Shown: in pieces, positions 34,016-48,028 of the stretch
Numbering within the stretch: position 1 is the first letter of the stretch
Layout: the number at the start of each line of letters is the position of its first letter
Assembly: GCA_043228905.1 (NCBI GenBank)
Contig: JBHGNT010000002.1
Location: forward strand, 14,384,001 to 14,448,000
DNA: 64,000 nt
Direction: 5' to 3'
Source of the DNA: Azolla caroliniana
Lineage: Eukaryota; Plantae; Polypodiophyta
The notes under the pieces: model-generated
Seen by the model: only the letters and a program-made list of their open reading frames with translations
Database searches by the model: none
Told to the model about the DNA's origin: nothing
Translations under genes and position numbers: made by a program

Positions 34016-37000
34016 GGTCTCTAATGAACGTATTCACATTGTCTCCTTTTGTACACACTAGGTTTAGGCTATTTATGTAAATAGTGAGAAGAGCAATTGC
34101 CCTAAGTCAGTTAGTATACAAACTGACTTTGTAACCTAGTTTGGTGGTTGGTGGAAATATAGTTTATCTTGTGGCTAATCGTCTCTCTCTCTTGCGTTCT
34201 TGTTTGATCTTGCTGCTTGATTATGTCTCTAGTTGCCATCAATCTACCTTGCTTGCATCCCCTTATGATCCTCACTTTAGTAGAGCGTTGATTTGTTCCG
34301 CACAATATGGCTCAGTTCACAACATTTGGTATTAGAGCTTGGTGTTCTCGATTCTGCGGCCGCCATCTACTTTGTTTCCATCGGCAAGTTCTCTTCTTCT
34401 ATACACCGCGAAGATCTTGGCTGGCAACTCTCTACAAGACCGTTTTTCGTAAAGAGAAACACTGGCAACATCTACACTCCACTGTTCTAAATCTCCATTG
34501 AAGCGAGCCAATCGGCTGCACTTCACTCCTGTGATTGTAGCCGCTTGGAGTGACATTTCGCTTCACAAGCTTTGCCTTAGCCGTACTACATTGGATTAGA
34601 CAACAATCGAGTAGGTCACTTGACGCTAGTCACTCGCTTGTCGTAATAACTTGTAGTTGTCTGGGCTCCAGGAACAACTCCCTTTCGTGCTTCATTCGGA
34701 TAGACAACACTCGGAAAGATTTGTTGAATCTGTTCTTCTCATTGTTGCAGTCACCTAAAGAAGGATCAGCCTGGATAATCGGCACATACTCTGTGTTCGA
34801 AAATCTCAAAAATCAACATTCGAAATCGAATTGACATAGTCGGGTCCAACTCGACTAGGCTAGTCAACCGTAGTCACTTCGCATCAAGTCTCCCGAATTT
34901 CGAATCAGATTCGACTAGAACGAATTCGGGTGAGCCAGTTTGCTCCACCCAACCACTATTCATAGCCAACCCCGAACAAAGCCTCCCAAATTCGACGCAG
35001 ACGACATAAACATCTAGCTCGTCAGAGATGAGTCTAAGGAAGTTCGACGGTTTGAACTTCAACTTCTGGAAGGAGCATATGCAAGACTATCGAATAGTCT
35101 GAAAATGCTCTAGAAGGATACAAGCCACTTGAATGAAAATGCTCTAGAAGGATGCACCTATCGGAGTTGTAAAAGAATACGTGTGCAGAAGCGTGTGCGT
35201 AAACACAAAGTACACAAATCGGAAATAAGACAGTTTGGTAAACTCAGAAAACACACAGATGGAGATGGAGATGGAGATACAGAGAGAGAGCAGACTACTC
35301 AGTTCTATTTCAAAATATGATGCTCTGTACATAGGATGTGCTCAGTGAGCACTTTTATACAAGTCCATACGGGCTGATATAAGTACTGACATGTACTTCA
35401 ATGATAAAAAATGAGCTCTGCACTAACTCCCAAAATATATTCCTACACAAAATATCTTTCCAACGGCCTTGCGGTTTACGCACCGCTACGGCCTATTGTG
35501 TGCACAGTTTTACGCATTTGATTACGCACCGAATGTTGAGCTTGTCTCTCAATAGTCCCCCTCAAGCCCAAATCGTGGTGTTGGCACGTCCTTCGCTGCC
35601 CTTTTCTCCGCATGGCCATCAGTTGATTCGGCATATCCGAATCGAACATTTCGATTGAATCGAACACTTTCGATTCAATTCCGCTCTCATCCGAATTGGC
35701 TGTCTCCAATTCGTCTTCAGTCTTCAGGCCCTTGACAACATTAGACCACGTCTTGGTCTTGGCCTTACCTCCCCCTAATTCGGTTGTCTTCGACTCTTTC
35801 CTACGATTACGGCCCTTGCTTCTTTCTTCGGCTTCTTCATCCGGTTCGAAATTGAATTCTTCGTCTGATTCCTCATCACGGTCACTTCCGCCATGTGAAC
35901 ACCTCCGCTCCTTTCACGCTCTTGTTCCTGTTCTGCCTTTCTTCCCCTCAAGTTTGGCGTGTCGAGGTGACACAACCCTAGCTCACCCGAGAAATGTCGT
36001 AACTTGTCGAGACCAAGAGGCTTGGTGAAGATGTCGGCAATTTTGACGGAACATACGCAAGTTCGACGACACCTGAAAGGACCTCCTCTCAGACAAAATG
36101 GTAATGCACCTCAATGTGCTTGGTCCGAGCATGGAACATGGGGTTTTTCACAAGGTGGATACTACTGAGGTTGTCGCAATAGATCATTGTTGGATCCGAC
36201 ACCTCTACATGCAGATCCCATAATAGTCGTTTCAGCCAAATGACTTCGCACGTAGTGACAGTCGCCCCTCGATATTCGGCCTCTGTGCTTGACATTGCCA
36301 CTGTCGACTGCTTTTTGCTGCTCCACGCGATCGCCGCACTTCCTAATGAGAAGGCGTATCTGGATGTGGATCTACGGTCAATGGCGTTTCCAGCCCAATC
36401 CACATCCGTGTAGCCGACTAACTGTTCGGCTACACCTGCGCAATATAGGAACACCATGTCTTTCGTGTAGTTGACATATCGCAATATCCTTTGCGCGCAC
36501 TAAAAGTATTCGGCCGTAGGCCACGACATGATTTGACTGATCAGTCTGACCGGGTAACGGAGGTCCGACCGAGTAATAGTCAAATAGATGAGGCTTCCGA
36601 CAATCTGTCAGAACTGTGTCGGGTAGCACGCCTTATAGTCTGGGATGGGCTTACAGTTTGCCATCCCGACCTTGAAGAGCATATTTAGCGTGTTATGACG
36701 TTGATTGATCAATATGCCTTCGGGGTTGCGGATCACTTCGATCCCGAGGAAGTAATGAAGGTCACCAAGATCCTTCATTTCGAATGATGCCGCAAGTTGA
36801 GACTTTACATGGCGGATTTCGTTCAGGTCGGCACCGGCGATGACTAAATCATCAACATACAATAGAAGACTTACCGGGCCATGTTGACCTTGCCAAAAAA
36901 ATAATGAAGAGTCAGACTTCAATGTCAAAAACCCCATCTTATGCAACCATTGCGTAATCTTTGCGTTCCATGCTCGTGGGGCTTGCTTGAGTCCGTAAAG

Positions 37001-39459
37001 TGACTTCTTTAGTCAGCAAACTGCCGAAGTGTTCTGTTCGGATAGAAATCTGGGGGGTAGTACCATATACACTTGTTCCTCAAGATCATATTGCAGGAAT
37101 GCGCTCTTTACATCCATCTAATGTAAGTACCACCCCTTTGCCGCAGCTACGACTAGCAGAACTCGCACAGTAGTCATCTTCGCGATAGGCACGAAGGTCT
37201 CGTCATAATCTACGTCGTGCTTCTGTGCATAGCCTTTTGCAACTAATTGGGCCTTATATCGGTTGACAGAGCCGTCGGTGTTGTATTTCACTTTATACAC
37301 CCACCTGCATCCAATCAGCTTAACATCCTTCGGTGCGTCAACCAGGTCCCAAGTCTCATTGACCGTTAAAGCACGCATCTCTTCCTCCATTGCAGCACAT
37401 CAATTTGCGTCTTTCGCCGCTTCGGCATAGCTCTCTGGCTCACGCACTTCCGCCACTCGCGTCATGTACGCGTAATGATGCACCATGTACTCATTATACC
37501 CGTATCTTTTTACGAGGTTCTTCTGGGGGGTAGATCGGCGTAATTCATGATTACCTGATTTCACGGCCTTTCCGGTTGATTTTAACCGGTGCTGCCGACG
37601 TTGAACTCCGGCATTTTCTTCTTGCTCTTCTCCTTGCGCGTAAACCATCTCCTTGGTTCGTTACGCGGGGAAATCATGGTGGAGTCTCCACTATTCGTCG
37701 TCTCTTCAATAGGTTGGCCATTTCGGCCCATTTACCCGAAATGAGATCAAACTCTCTCTCAGAGCTCCAATGTCCTCATCATGCAGAGGCATCTCAGCCT
37801 CGCTGACTTCTTCCTCAGAATTCGGAATGGATTTGTGAGCTATTGGACATGAAGGCAAGTACCACGAAGCGGATTCGTCGAACACGACATCTTGACTTAC
37901 GCGTACTTTGTTTGGGGGTTATAGCATTTATACCCCTTCTGTTTGTTTGAGTAGATGACTAAGATGCACTTTTTGTCTTTGGCTTCCAGCTTCCTCCTCT
38001 TCTGCTTCGGCACATGCACATATGCAATGCTACCGAAAATCCTCAAGTGTGCCAAATTCGGCTTCTTCCCGAAATACAGCTCATGTGGCGACACTCCTCC
38101 ATTAGCAGAAGTCTGATTCTGCAAGTAGACATCCATCTTCACGGCTTCGGTCCAATAAAATTTCGGCATATGCTTCTCTTCAAGCATTGCCCTAGCTGCT
38201 TCTTCAATTGTCGGATTCTTCCTTTCGGCAATGCCGTTCTGCTCTAGCGTATATCTACACGAGAATTCACGCCGAATTCCCTCCTTCTGTAGATAACTCG
38301 TTAACTGGTCAGAGAAGTACTCCTTCCCACCATCGGACTGTAGGCATTTGATCTTATGCCTCGTTTCCCTTTCCACAAGGCTCTTCACCTTCAGGAAACA
38401 TGCGAAGACTTCACTCTTCTTCTCAATCGTGCATGCCCACGTACCGAGACTTACGTTCTGTGTTGGTCCCCACACATCCGAATGGATCAAATCCAGCGGA
38501 CTTCGACTACGATTACACTCATTGGGGAATGGAAGTCGGTGTTGTTTTCCCATGTGACAGGCTTCGCAAACTTGGCCATTACGGTCATGAAATTTTGGGA
38601 AGCCAAAAACAATGTTCTTCGTCTGCATCTCACGAAGCCATGGGAAATTTACATGGCCGAACCGCTTGTGCCACAGGTCGATATCCAATTCGACCTTTTG
38701 TCCTTTCGCATACAACGCGGTTCTGGCTTGGTTAGTGTTGAGGATAAACATCTTCCCTTCACGACGCCCTTGCACGATTACTTTGCCTTCCTCTTCTATG
38801 AAGCAGCCGAGGTGCATGAATCAAACTTGCATTCCTTGGTCGATGATCTGTTCAACCGACACAAGGTTCTTGGTTATTGTCGGGACGTGCAACATGTTCA
38901 TGAGCTTCCCTTTCTGCCCGACGTGGCTGAGGGGAACTTCATGTTATCCCTAGGGCCAGACAATGGCCTAACACAGGGTGTCCCCTTGAGACACTTCACC
39001 AAAAGGGTGTTGCGGTGAGATAGGGTTAGACCGACTATTAAGGTAAACCTAATTGGTAACTAAGCGGTAAGATCATTAGTCACAATACACGCGTAGGATA
39101 AATTACATTTAGCACAGAATGGTAATTAACACTGATTAAGGTACAGAAAAACAACACTCTATTAATTATCCGTTGATGATTATAATCTAACCAGGCCCTT
39201 TTATAGGTCTCCGGCTTTAGGTACAAACCGGTGCCAACCGGCCACTGGCTACGAACCGGTCCGAATCCGGGTAGGCATACCAAATCCAGGTCCGTCCATT
39301 CGCTTCTCCAAAAATCATAATAATTCAATATTATAACTAATCAGCTCCCGATTATCAATTATCCCCCTTTTCCCATTCTAGACTTCCCTTGCAGGCCTGC
39401 TAACACATGGCACGCCCGTAGGAGAGTAGCTTGTACGTCGAATCCCACGATCCGGCCTT

Positions 39460-41141
39460 CATTCATCCTCCAAAATGTCCAGAGTGCTTCGATCTAAGGG
39501 TTCCAATGGTTCCTCGGGAAGCTATTCTGTCGTTTGCTTCTACTATTGTTCCCCCTCCTCCTATTCCTGTAGCTGTGGTTGCTCTTCTCTCTGCTCCGGC
39601 TCCAGTTGTGGCTGCTGCTAGTTGATGTTCGTTGCCTACGGCTCTGTCGATATGACCAGCTTTGTTTCCATTTCTGGCTCGACTGGTCTTACCAGCTCTT
39701 CCTCCATTTCCAGCTCAACCGGCCTTGGCGTCTCCTGGTTCTATTGTCCGGCGTGCACCGGTTCCTGCGGATAACCTTCCTGTAGCGGCTCCTCCTGAGT
39801 ACTCTCTGGTTGGCTTCCTCCGGCTTTAACCGGCGTTTGTTCTGAAGATGGCTCCTCGCCACTGATGCTGATCGCCGCCGTTTTCTTGGCCACTTCTTGC
39901 CGTCGCCGTCCTATTCGTACCGTTTGAAACGGAGTTGGTTGTCCAACTGGTCATCATCCAGCTGTGCCATCAATTGGCGTACAACCACCCTCTCCTCATC
40001 AGCCAAGGATATGAAATCATCCACCAATTCCTCTTGTATTGCTTCAATGTTTTCTCTATCCCGGATGTAAACTTTGTCGCCCTCTTTCTGCCAGTTTTCC
40101 GCATCAGCCCGCAGCAACTGTAGCTCTGTTACCTGCTTAGCCCACTTCGACCACCACTGTACTGAGCTTTCTTCCACCAATTGCTTCGTTCGATTCCTCC
40201 ACGCAAGTACGATGTCCCGGATCCGCCCTAGTTCCATCCTCGACTTGTTTTCTACGGCCTGTTTTTCGTCCTTCAATTGTTTGATCAGGCTTGCAGTTGC
40301 CACTTCTTGGGTTTGATATGTCTTCTGAACTCTGTTCAGAGACATTGTAGCACGCTCCGTTTCCGCATGGTGTTGCACTTGCAGGTCCAATCTCTCTTTC
40401 GTTGCTGCCGCCAGTTGTTTCGCTACTTCGGCTCCCTTCCATTGCTCTTCTATCACTACCGTCGTCAGCCGGTTAACTTCCTCCCAGAGTTCTCTGCAGT
40501 TTTCCTGATGCTGGTCACTTTCGGTAGTCAATTTCTTATGATCGAAATCCAAATGCTTATAATCCTGGTGTAGTCGTCGGTTTTCTGGTCTTTTTGTTGC
40601 TAGAGCTCTTCTTTGAGGCACTCAATCTCCACTTCTGCCATACTCCGGAGTTTCTCTTTTTCTTGCAGGAGTTTGTCTTTCTCTTCTTTCAGCCGGTCAT
40701 ACACTTGATTACCTCTTCTCAAGCTTTCCTCTCTTCGGCGAAGGTTGTCGGTTGTTCTCCTTTGTTCGTCCTCCGCCGCTTTTTTCAACTCGTGTTCCCT
40801 GGTTGCTGCCATCACCGAGGTTTGATCATTCTGTAGAGTTACCGGGGCCACCGGTTCCGATTGTTGTGGTCCTTCTATGACCAGCTAGGCCATTTCTGTT
40901 ATGGCCTTCTCTATGCCTTCTTCCATGCTTCGGATTCTTGACCGGGCCATCTCTAATTCCCCGATTGTGTCTAGCAACCAGGCTTCCTGCGCTTCCTCTT
41001 CCGCTTCTAACTGGCAAACAACGCCAGTCACTTGTTCTGCCACCCATCGGAGCCATCGACTACCGGTGCCTTGTGGTCGTGCCCGTTGTGGTTGTGGGAT
41101 GGCGTTTTCACTGGTCACGAGCCTACTATTGACGGTTACGT
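39460..41141 (-). pseudogene. Coiled-coil extra ORF of Gypsy C, C-terminal part
   Basis: E/K/Q/R-rich heptad-like frames 39911-40621, 40600-40851 and 40885-41141, homologous to 15350-17130. Confidence 0.8.
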
Positions 41142-44100
41142 TGTCGTGTGAATCTTCACACACTATGTAAAATAATAATAATAAATAATGAAATAAGTAT
41201 TTTATATTAGCTTAATGGCTTGATATGGAAAGATGGATGTACTCAAGAGCTTCAAAACACATTTTACTACATACAAAATGGATAACTACATATCAAGTTA
41301 TGAGAACATGAAGTTTGAGAAGATAACGAAAATAGAACTATGATTCATCCCACATAGATAGGAAACTTAAGGCCCTGGCTATATAAGCACATTGAGATCC
41401 CTTAGTTTTCATTTGTGCTAAGAGCACTTTGGCCACTTTGTCTAGATGGGTTAATGTGGCCAAGTTCCCAAAACCGACTGGAAATAAATTGGAACCAGCC
41501 AGTAATGGAACCGGAACCGGTCGGTAAGCAAACCAGAATCGACTGGTATTCAAATCGGAACCGGTGCTTACCGGAACCGGCTGATAATCAAAATGGAACT
41601 GGCCGGTAAGCGAACTGGAATCGGCTGGAAATCAATTCGGAACCGGCCGATAAGCCGGTGTAAAAGATTATGTGCGGAAGCAATAGAAAACTAGACACAT
41701 AGAAAATATGCAGGTTTAATGGAAAGCTTGAGTATACACAGTATGCAGGAGAAACAAAGAGAGAACACAGAAGAAATTCAATTCAAAAAATACTAACTCT
41801 GTGTACATACACCGTGCTCAGTGAGCACCTTTTATACAAGCCTTGACAATGGGCTGACACAAGTTCTGACAGTACTTCACTGCTCATAAATGAGCCTTGA
41901 CACTTACTCCCAAAACTATTCCTTACGAGGAATATCTCTCAAACGGCCTTTCGGTTTACGCACTGATATGGCCTCTCCTTACGCACCGGTCCGACCTAAC
42001 CAATCGGTCCCAACCAATCCGGTCCTCGGCTTGCTCAGCCGATCTGGCCGATGTTGAGCTTGTCTCTCAATAGTCCCCTTCAAGCTCAACTTGAGGCTCT
42101 TCTGGATCTTCTGGATCACCGCTCCAATTCCTCCTGGCTCCACGCCTCGCTCGCGCTCCTCGGCCTGTTCGACTCCGCTCGCTTCGACCCTTCCGGTCAG
42201 CTTGTCTGCTCCCACGGCCCTTTAGAACTCCCTTGTTGTCGCGGTGTTGGCGCTTCTCCTGCTACCTTCTTTTCCGCTTGGCCCTCGGTTGATTAAGTGT
42301 ATTCGAATCAAACATTCGAACCGACTCGGCTACCTCCGATCGGTTTTCGCTCTCGTTCGAGTTGGTTTTCTCCAACTCGTCTTCGGTCTTCTCGCCCTTG
42401 ATAGTGTCATCTCCCCCATGCTTGGTTGGCTTCGGCTCTTTCTTTCGGCTGCTCCCGTTTTGTCTACTTTTGGACTCTTCCGCGGATCCGCCCTTGGTTT
42501 CTTCACCCGATCCGACGTCGAATTCGTCATCCAACTCGGTGTCGCGACCTCCTCCGCTCCCTTCCTACTCCCTTGCTCCCTTCGAGACTGTTCTTACTGC
42601 TCCACGCTATCGCGACACTCCTCAGAGAGAACGCGTATCCAGATGTGGATCGGCGATCGGCGGCGTTGCTAGCCCAATGAGCATCGGTGTAGCCGACCAA
42701 CTGCGAGGCTGTACCGGTCAGATATAATTGGCCCCGGTCTTTAGTGCCGCTTACGTACCGCAGTACGCGTTGCACACACTAAAGGTGCTCCTCGGTAGGT
42801 CGCCCCATGAACTGACTGATCATCCTGACTAGATAACTGAGATCGGGTCGGGTGATTGTCGAGTAGATAAGGCTGCCGACAATTTGTCAGAACCTCATCG
42901 GGTCGCATACCTTTCCGGAATTGGGGCAAAGCTTGACGGTTCTAACCAAAGGAGTCGAGACGGACTTACAGTCGGCCATCCCAAATTTGAAAAGCATACT
43001 CAGCACATAATGGCGTTGGCGTTGGCCTTCGGGGGTACGGATCAATTCGATCCTGAGGAAGTAATGAAGATCGCCCAGATCCTTCATGTCGAACGATGCC
43101 GCAAGCTAGAGCTTCACACGGTCGATTTCATCTAGGTTGGCGCCGGTGATGACCAAGTCATCAACATATAGTAAAATACTGACCGAACCGAGTCGACCTT
43201 TCCGGATGAACAGGGAAGACTCCGATCTTGGCGTTGCGAAGCCGATTCGACGCAGTTGTTGTGTGATCTTCGCGTTCCAGGCACGCGAGGCTTGCTTTAG
43301 TCCGTAAAGGGACTTCTTCAATCGGCACACTGCCGACGTGTTCGTTCCAGAGTGAAATCCGAGGGGTTGTACCATGTACACCTGTTCCTCAACCTCACCT
43401 TGCCGGAAAACATTTTTTACATCCATCTCATGTAAGTACCACCCCTTTGTTGCAGCTACCGCGAGCAAAACACGAACGGTCGTCATCTTTGCGACCGGCG
43501 CAAACGTCTCATTGTAGTCGATGTCGTGTTTCTGCGCGTAGCCTTTTGCCACTAAGGGGGCGTTGTATCGGTTGACCAAGCCGTCGGTGTTGTACTTGAC
43601 CTTGTTCACCCACCTACATCCGATCGGCTTCACACCCTTCGGTGCGTCAACCAGGTCCCATGTCTCGTTTTCCGCCAATGCATGCATCTCTTCCTCAATC
43701 GCGGCACGCCAATTCACATCTTTAGCCGCTTCTCCATAGCTCTCCGGCTCATGCACTTCCGCTACACGGGTCATGTACGCATAATGATGCACCATGTACT
43801 CGTTGTATCCAAACCCCACAACTGGGTTCTTCTGGCGGGTAGATCGGCATAATTGGTCATTAGCCGATGTCGAGGTCTTCTCAGCCGACGCGAACTTCGC
43901 TCTTGAAGACCCGTCACCGCTTCCCTGGGAGTTGGACTCGCGTCGGTCTGACTCGTTCCTATCCGTCTCGGAATCCGACACCTTCTTCTTCCCTTTCTCT
44001 TTGCGCGTAAGCCGTCTCCTTGGCTTCCTGCGCGGGGAATGCACGACCGAGTCTCCACTACTCGCCACCTTTTCATCGGACTGGTCGAACTGACTCAGTC

Positions 44101-47100
44101 GTCGATTTGCTCCACTTCACCGAAATGAAATCGGACTCTCTTCGTAGATCCCGATTTCAGGCTCATCCAGAGGCATCTCAGTCTCGCTGACCTCATCGTC
44201 AGAGCTCGGATTGGAGTTGAGATCCGGAGTCGGAGGCAAGTACCAGGACGCAGACTCATCAAACACAACATCCCGGCTCACACGCGTTTGTTTGGTGCGT
44301 GACTTATAACATTTATAACCCTTCTGCTCGTCCGAGTAACCGACCAAGATACATTTCTCAGCCTTTGCGTCCAGCTTCCTCCGTTTCTCCTACGGCACAT
44401 GTACATAGGCAATGCTACCGAAAACTCGTAACTGTCGCAAGTTCGGCTTCGTTGCGAAATATAGCTCATGCGTCGCCGCTTTGTCTCCGAGCCGGTTCTG
44501 GATGTATACCGCGGTCCTGACCGCCTCGGCCTAGTAGAACTTGGGCAAGCACTTCTCCTCCAGCATTGCCTGTGCCGCTTCCACAACCGACCGATTTTTC
44601 CTCTCGACCACGCCATTTTGCTCCGGCGTGTATCTACAGCTGAATTCGCGCCGAATTCCCATCTGTTGTAGATAACTGTTGAATTGACCGGAAAAGTATT
44701 CTTTTCCGCCATCCGACCGGAGGCACTTGATCTTTCTTCCTGTTTCCATTTCCACGAACCCTTTGAGGTCCCGGAAACAGTCGAAGACTTCGCTTTTCCT
44801 CTCAATGAGGTAGATCCACGTGTGCCGCGTGTAGTCGTCGATGAAGGAGACGAAATATCGGCTCCCGCCAAGACTAACGTTTTCTGTCGGCCCCCACACA
44901 TTGGAGTGTATCAAGTCGAGCTTGTTCCGGCTCCGATTATGCTCGATGGGGAAAGGAAGTCGGTGTTTCTTCCCAAGCTGGCAGGATTCACAAATTTGTG
45001 CCTTCCAGCCACTAAATTTGGGCAATCCGAACACCACTTGTTTCGATTGCAGGTCTTGAAGCCGTTGGTAGTTGACGTGGCCTATCCACTTGTGCCATAA
45101 GTCGATGTCCGACTCGACTTTTTGTCCCTTCGCGAACATTGTGGTGCCATTGTCAGTAGAGTCGAGGATGAACATCCTCCCCTCTCTGCGCCCTTGTGCA
45201 ATAACACGACCTTCTTCCTCAATGAAGCACCCGAGGTGTGTAAACCAGACCTCCATCCCTTGGTCGATGATCTGTCCGACCGACACCAAGTTCTTCGTGA
45301 TTGTTAGCACGTGTAGCACGTTCATGAGTTTCCCTTTCTGTCCGACATGGCTCAGGGGAACTTCTCTGACATTCGCGATCGGATGCGGAGTGTCGTCTCC
45401 GGTTGCAACTACTCCCGGTTGCATCGGTTTTTCTAGGTACGAGAACCACTCCTTATGGCTCGTCATGTGATTTGACGTGCCGAAGTCGACTACCACACCT
45501 CGTCCGATTTCAGGGTGGTCTGCTTCATCGAGTTTGCTTCGTGTCTCGTCACGAAGACTGACCCCTTTTCGGCTTCTTTGGATCCTTCGGCGTAGTGCGA
45601 TCGTTGCCGATTTCCTTTGTCAGTCTGTCCGAAACCTGATCTGGACCCGGTTCTCTCCAAATCGGCGCGCTTTTTCCAGCACTCGCTCTCCATGTGGCCT
45701 TTCTTGCCGGTTCTCGTCGGCTCGACTCCCCCTATTTCCGGAGGGTTCGGAGTTGCTGTCGGCATCACTTAGGTGCCTTCTTCCTTGATCCCGTTGGTTG
45801 CGTTCATTGTGTACCGACTCGCCTCGTCCACCACGACCACGGGGCCTATCTCCCTCCGTGTACAACATCTTGTTGTCGGCATGCGTGCTTGTAGACGCAC
45901 CCGCGTGGTTCTCCTCTATAAGGAGCATTAACTGTAAGTCGAAAAACGACAGTGTATTCTCCCGTGTACACACAGCAGTTCGGAATGCTCCGAACTTCGA
46001 CGCCAAACCCCCGAGACATACCTGGACCGTCTCGCTTTCCTCGATGTTCACATCGATGGAAGCTAAGGAGTTTCATATGTCCTTGATCCTCGAGGTATAG
46101 TCAGCCACCGACAAATTGCGTTGCCGTAGGTTGCTCAACTCCTGTTGGAGCTGAAGCTTCCTGGTTGTGGAACTCGCGGCGAAGATCTTCTTAGATTTTC
46201 CCACGCACCCTTCGGCGTTTTTGCATTCCAAACGTAGCTTAATAGTTGTTCGCCCACACAAGACGCAAAACAATACAGTACTCTGCTCGTCAGGAAGTCT
46301 TCATGTATCGAATCGGGTGCTATGTCATTTGCTCCATCGACATAGCTCCAGTAACCGTGTCCAAGCAGGTATTGGTGCATCTTGTAAGACCAAGACGCGT
46401 AGTTGTTTCTGTCCAGCTTCTTTGTTGGAAGTGAGCTAGCCATGCCTCTATCCATCGGTTGTGCCTGTTCTTCTTGGTTGGTTTTTCTTTCAAGCTATGT
46501 CGGCTGCAAAGGTTCTCAACCCTCGCGCTCTGATACCATGTAAAAGATTATGTGCGGAAGCAATAGAAAACCAGACACACAGAAAATACACAGGTTTAAT
46601 GGAGAGCTTGAGTATACACAGTACGCAGGAGAAACAAAGAGAACACACAAGAAATTCAATCCAAAAAATACTAACTCTGTGTACATACACCGTGCTCAGT
46701 GAGCACCTTTTATACAAGCCCTGACAATGGGCTAACACAAGTACTGACAATAATTGACTGCTCATAAATGAGCCTCGACACTTACTCCCAAAACTATTCC
46801 TTACGAGGAATATCTCTCTAACGGCCTTTCGGTTTACGAACCGATACGGCCTCTCGTTACGCACCGGTTTGCGTATCCGTTTTACGCACCGGTCTGGCCT
46901 AACCGATCGGTCCCAACCGATCCGGTCCTCGGCTTGCTCAACCGATCCGACCGATGTTGAGCTTGTCTCTTAACAGCCGGAAACCAAACTAGAACCGGCC
47001 GGCAAGCAAACCGGAACCAGACCAGACGGATTGGATGGGCGGCAATTGAGACGGACAGATGATAGGATCATGTGGCTAATTAAAGTAAAGTAAAGGAAAC

Positions 47101-47445
47101 TAAAGTAAAGGCCATGTGGATGGTCGCATGCAACTAAAAGAAAAAGCCATGCAACTAAAAGTGGGCATGCAAAGTAACATTGAAGGCTATGATCATTGGA
47201 GAACTGCATATAAAATTCCATTTTTTTTCTACACTCATCCTCTCCCCATTTTTATTTTCTTTTCCTTCTTAGTTCCCTTTTCTCACAGAGCCATAACTCT
47301 CGAAAAACCCTAATTTTCCCTACGGAAGCCATATCTCTCGTATAACCTAATCCTAATTTTCCCTACGGAAGCCATATCTCTCAAAACCCCTAAATTTTCT
47401 TTCCTATTAATCCCAGTAAACCTAAAACTTCTGAATCCCAATCTT
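41142..47445 (-). repeat. LTR-like element (family of 31224-32438) inserted in Gypsy C and split by Copia D
   Basis: Terminus TGTCGTGTG is preceded by ACGT. Inverted homology to 31224-32438 is visible on both sides of Copia D. Confidence 0.78.
41659..46975 (-). mobile_element. Full-length decayed Copia D
   Basis: LTRs 41659-42072 and 46539-46975, TSD GCCGG on both sides, PBS TGGTATCAGAGC (46527-46538), PPT at 42073. gag, PR, IN and RT are present, and RNase H is partly deleted. Confidence 0.96.
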
Positions 47446-48028
47446 GTTTTTCCGCATCTCCGTTCAGCGGTGCTTCGACTATTCGCAAGAATCCCTCTAG
47501 ACCGTGTTGCTTTAGCCATTTCTTAGCCGCTTCTGAGAGTACCATGCATTCCATGTCGTCATCGGAGTCGGTAGGTTGTGGTAAGATGGGTGCGCCTATG
47601 TGATCTGCGTGCTCTCGCCTCATCACTCGTAATTGCCTATGTACGTTGAGATCTCTGTGTTCGCGAAATGAAAGGGACTCTGCGCGGCGAATGTTTTTTT
47701 TCTCCATGCATGGCACCTTTTCTTGATTCCCGCGCATGCACGTCTTGTACTAATATAGCAGTCGGTTGACACATGGTGCGCCTTGTTTAAAGGCTTTAAT
47801 TAGCCACCCACCACACCTTTTCAAAGTGCCCGTTCGCTCATCGCCTCTGCATGATGACTTTTTCTTTTTTAAAAGTGATTTTTAGTAAACGGAAGCGTCG
47901 GGTCTATATCCCGGTTTTTCCCCGTATTCACGTTTTCCGGCCACCTGTTTGTCGTTATCTGGTAACGCCGGCTCTGCCTGACCATCGGGTACTTCTTTCC
48001 TGCTTCCCATTGTTGTATCTGCCTCCAT

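Noticed and set aside
41161-41170. CACTA word as the terminus of a CACTA transposon
   Set aside because: Homology with 31224-32438 continues past it to the TGTCGTG end at 41142, and there is no matching TAGTG terminus with a 3-bp TSD.
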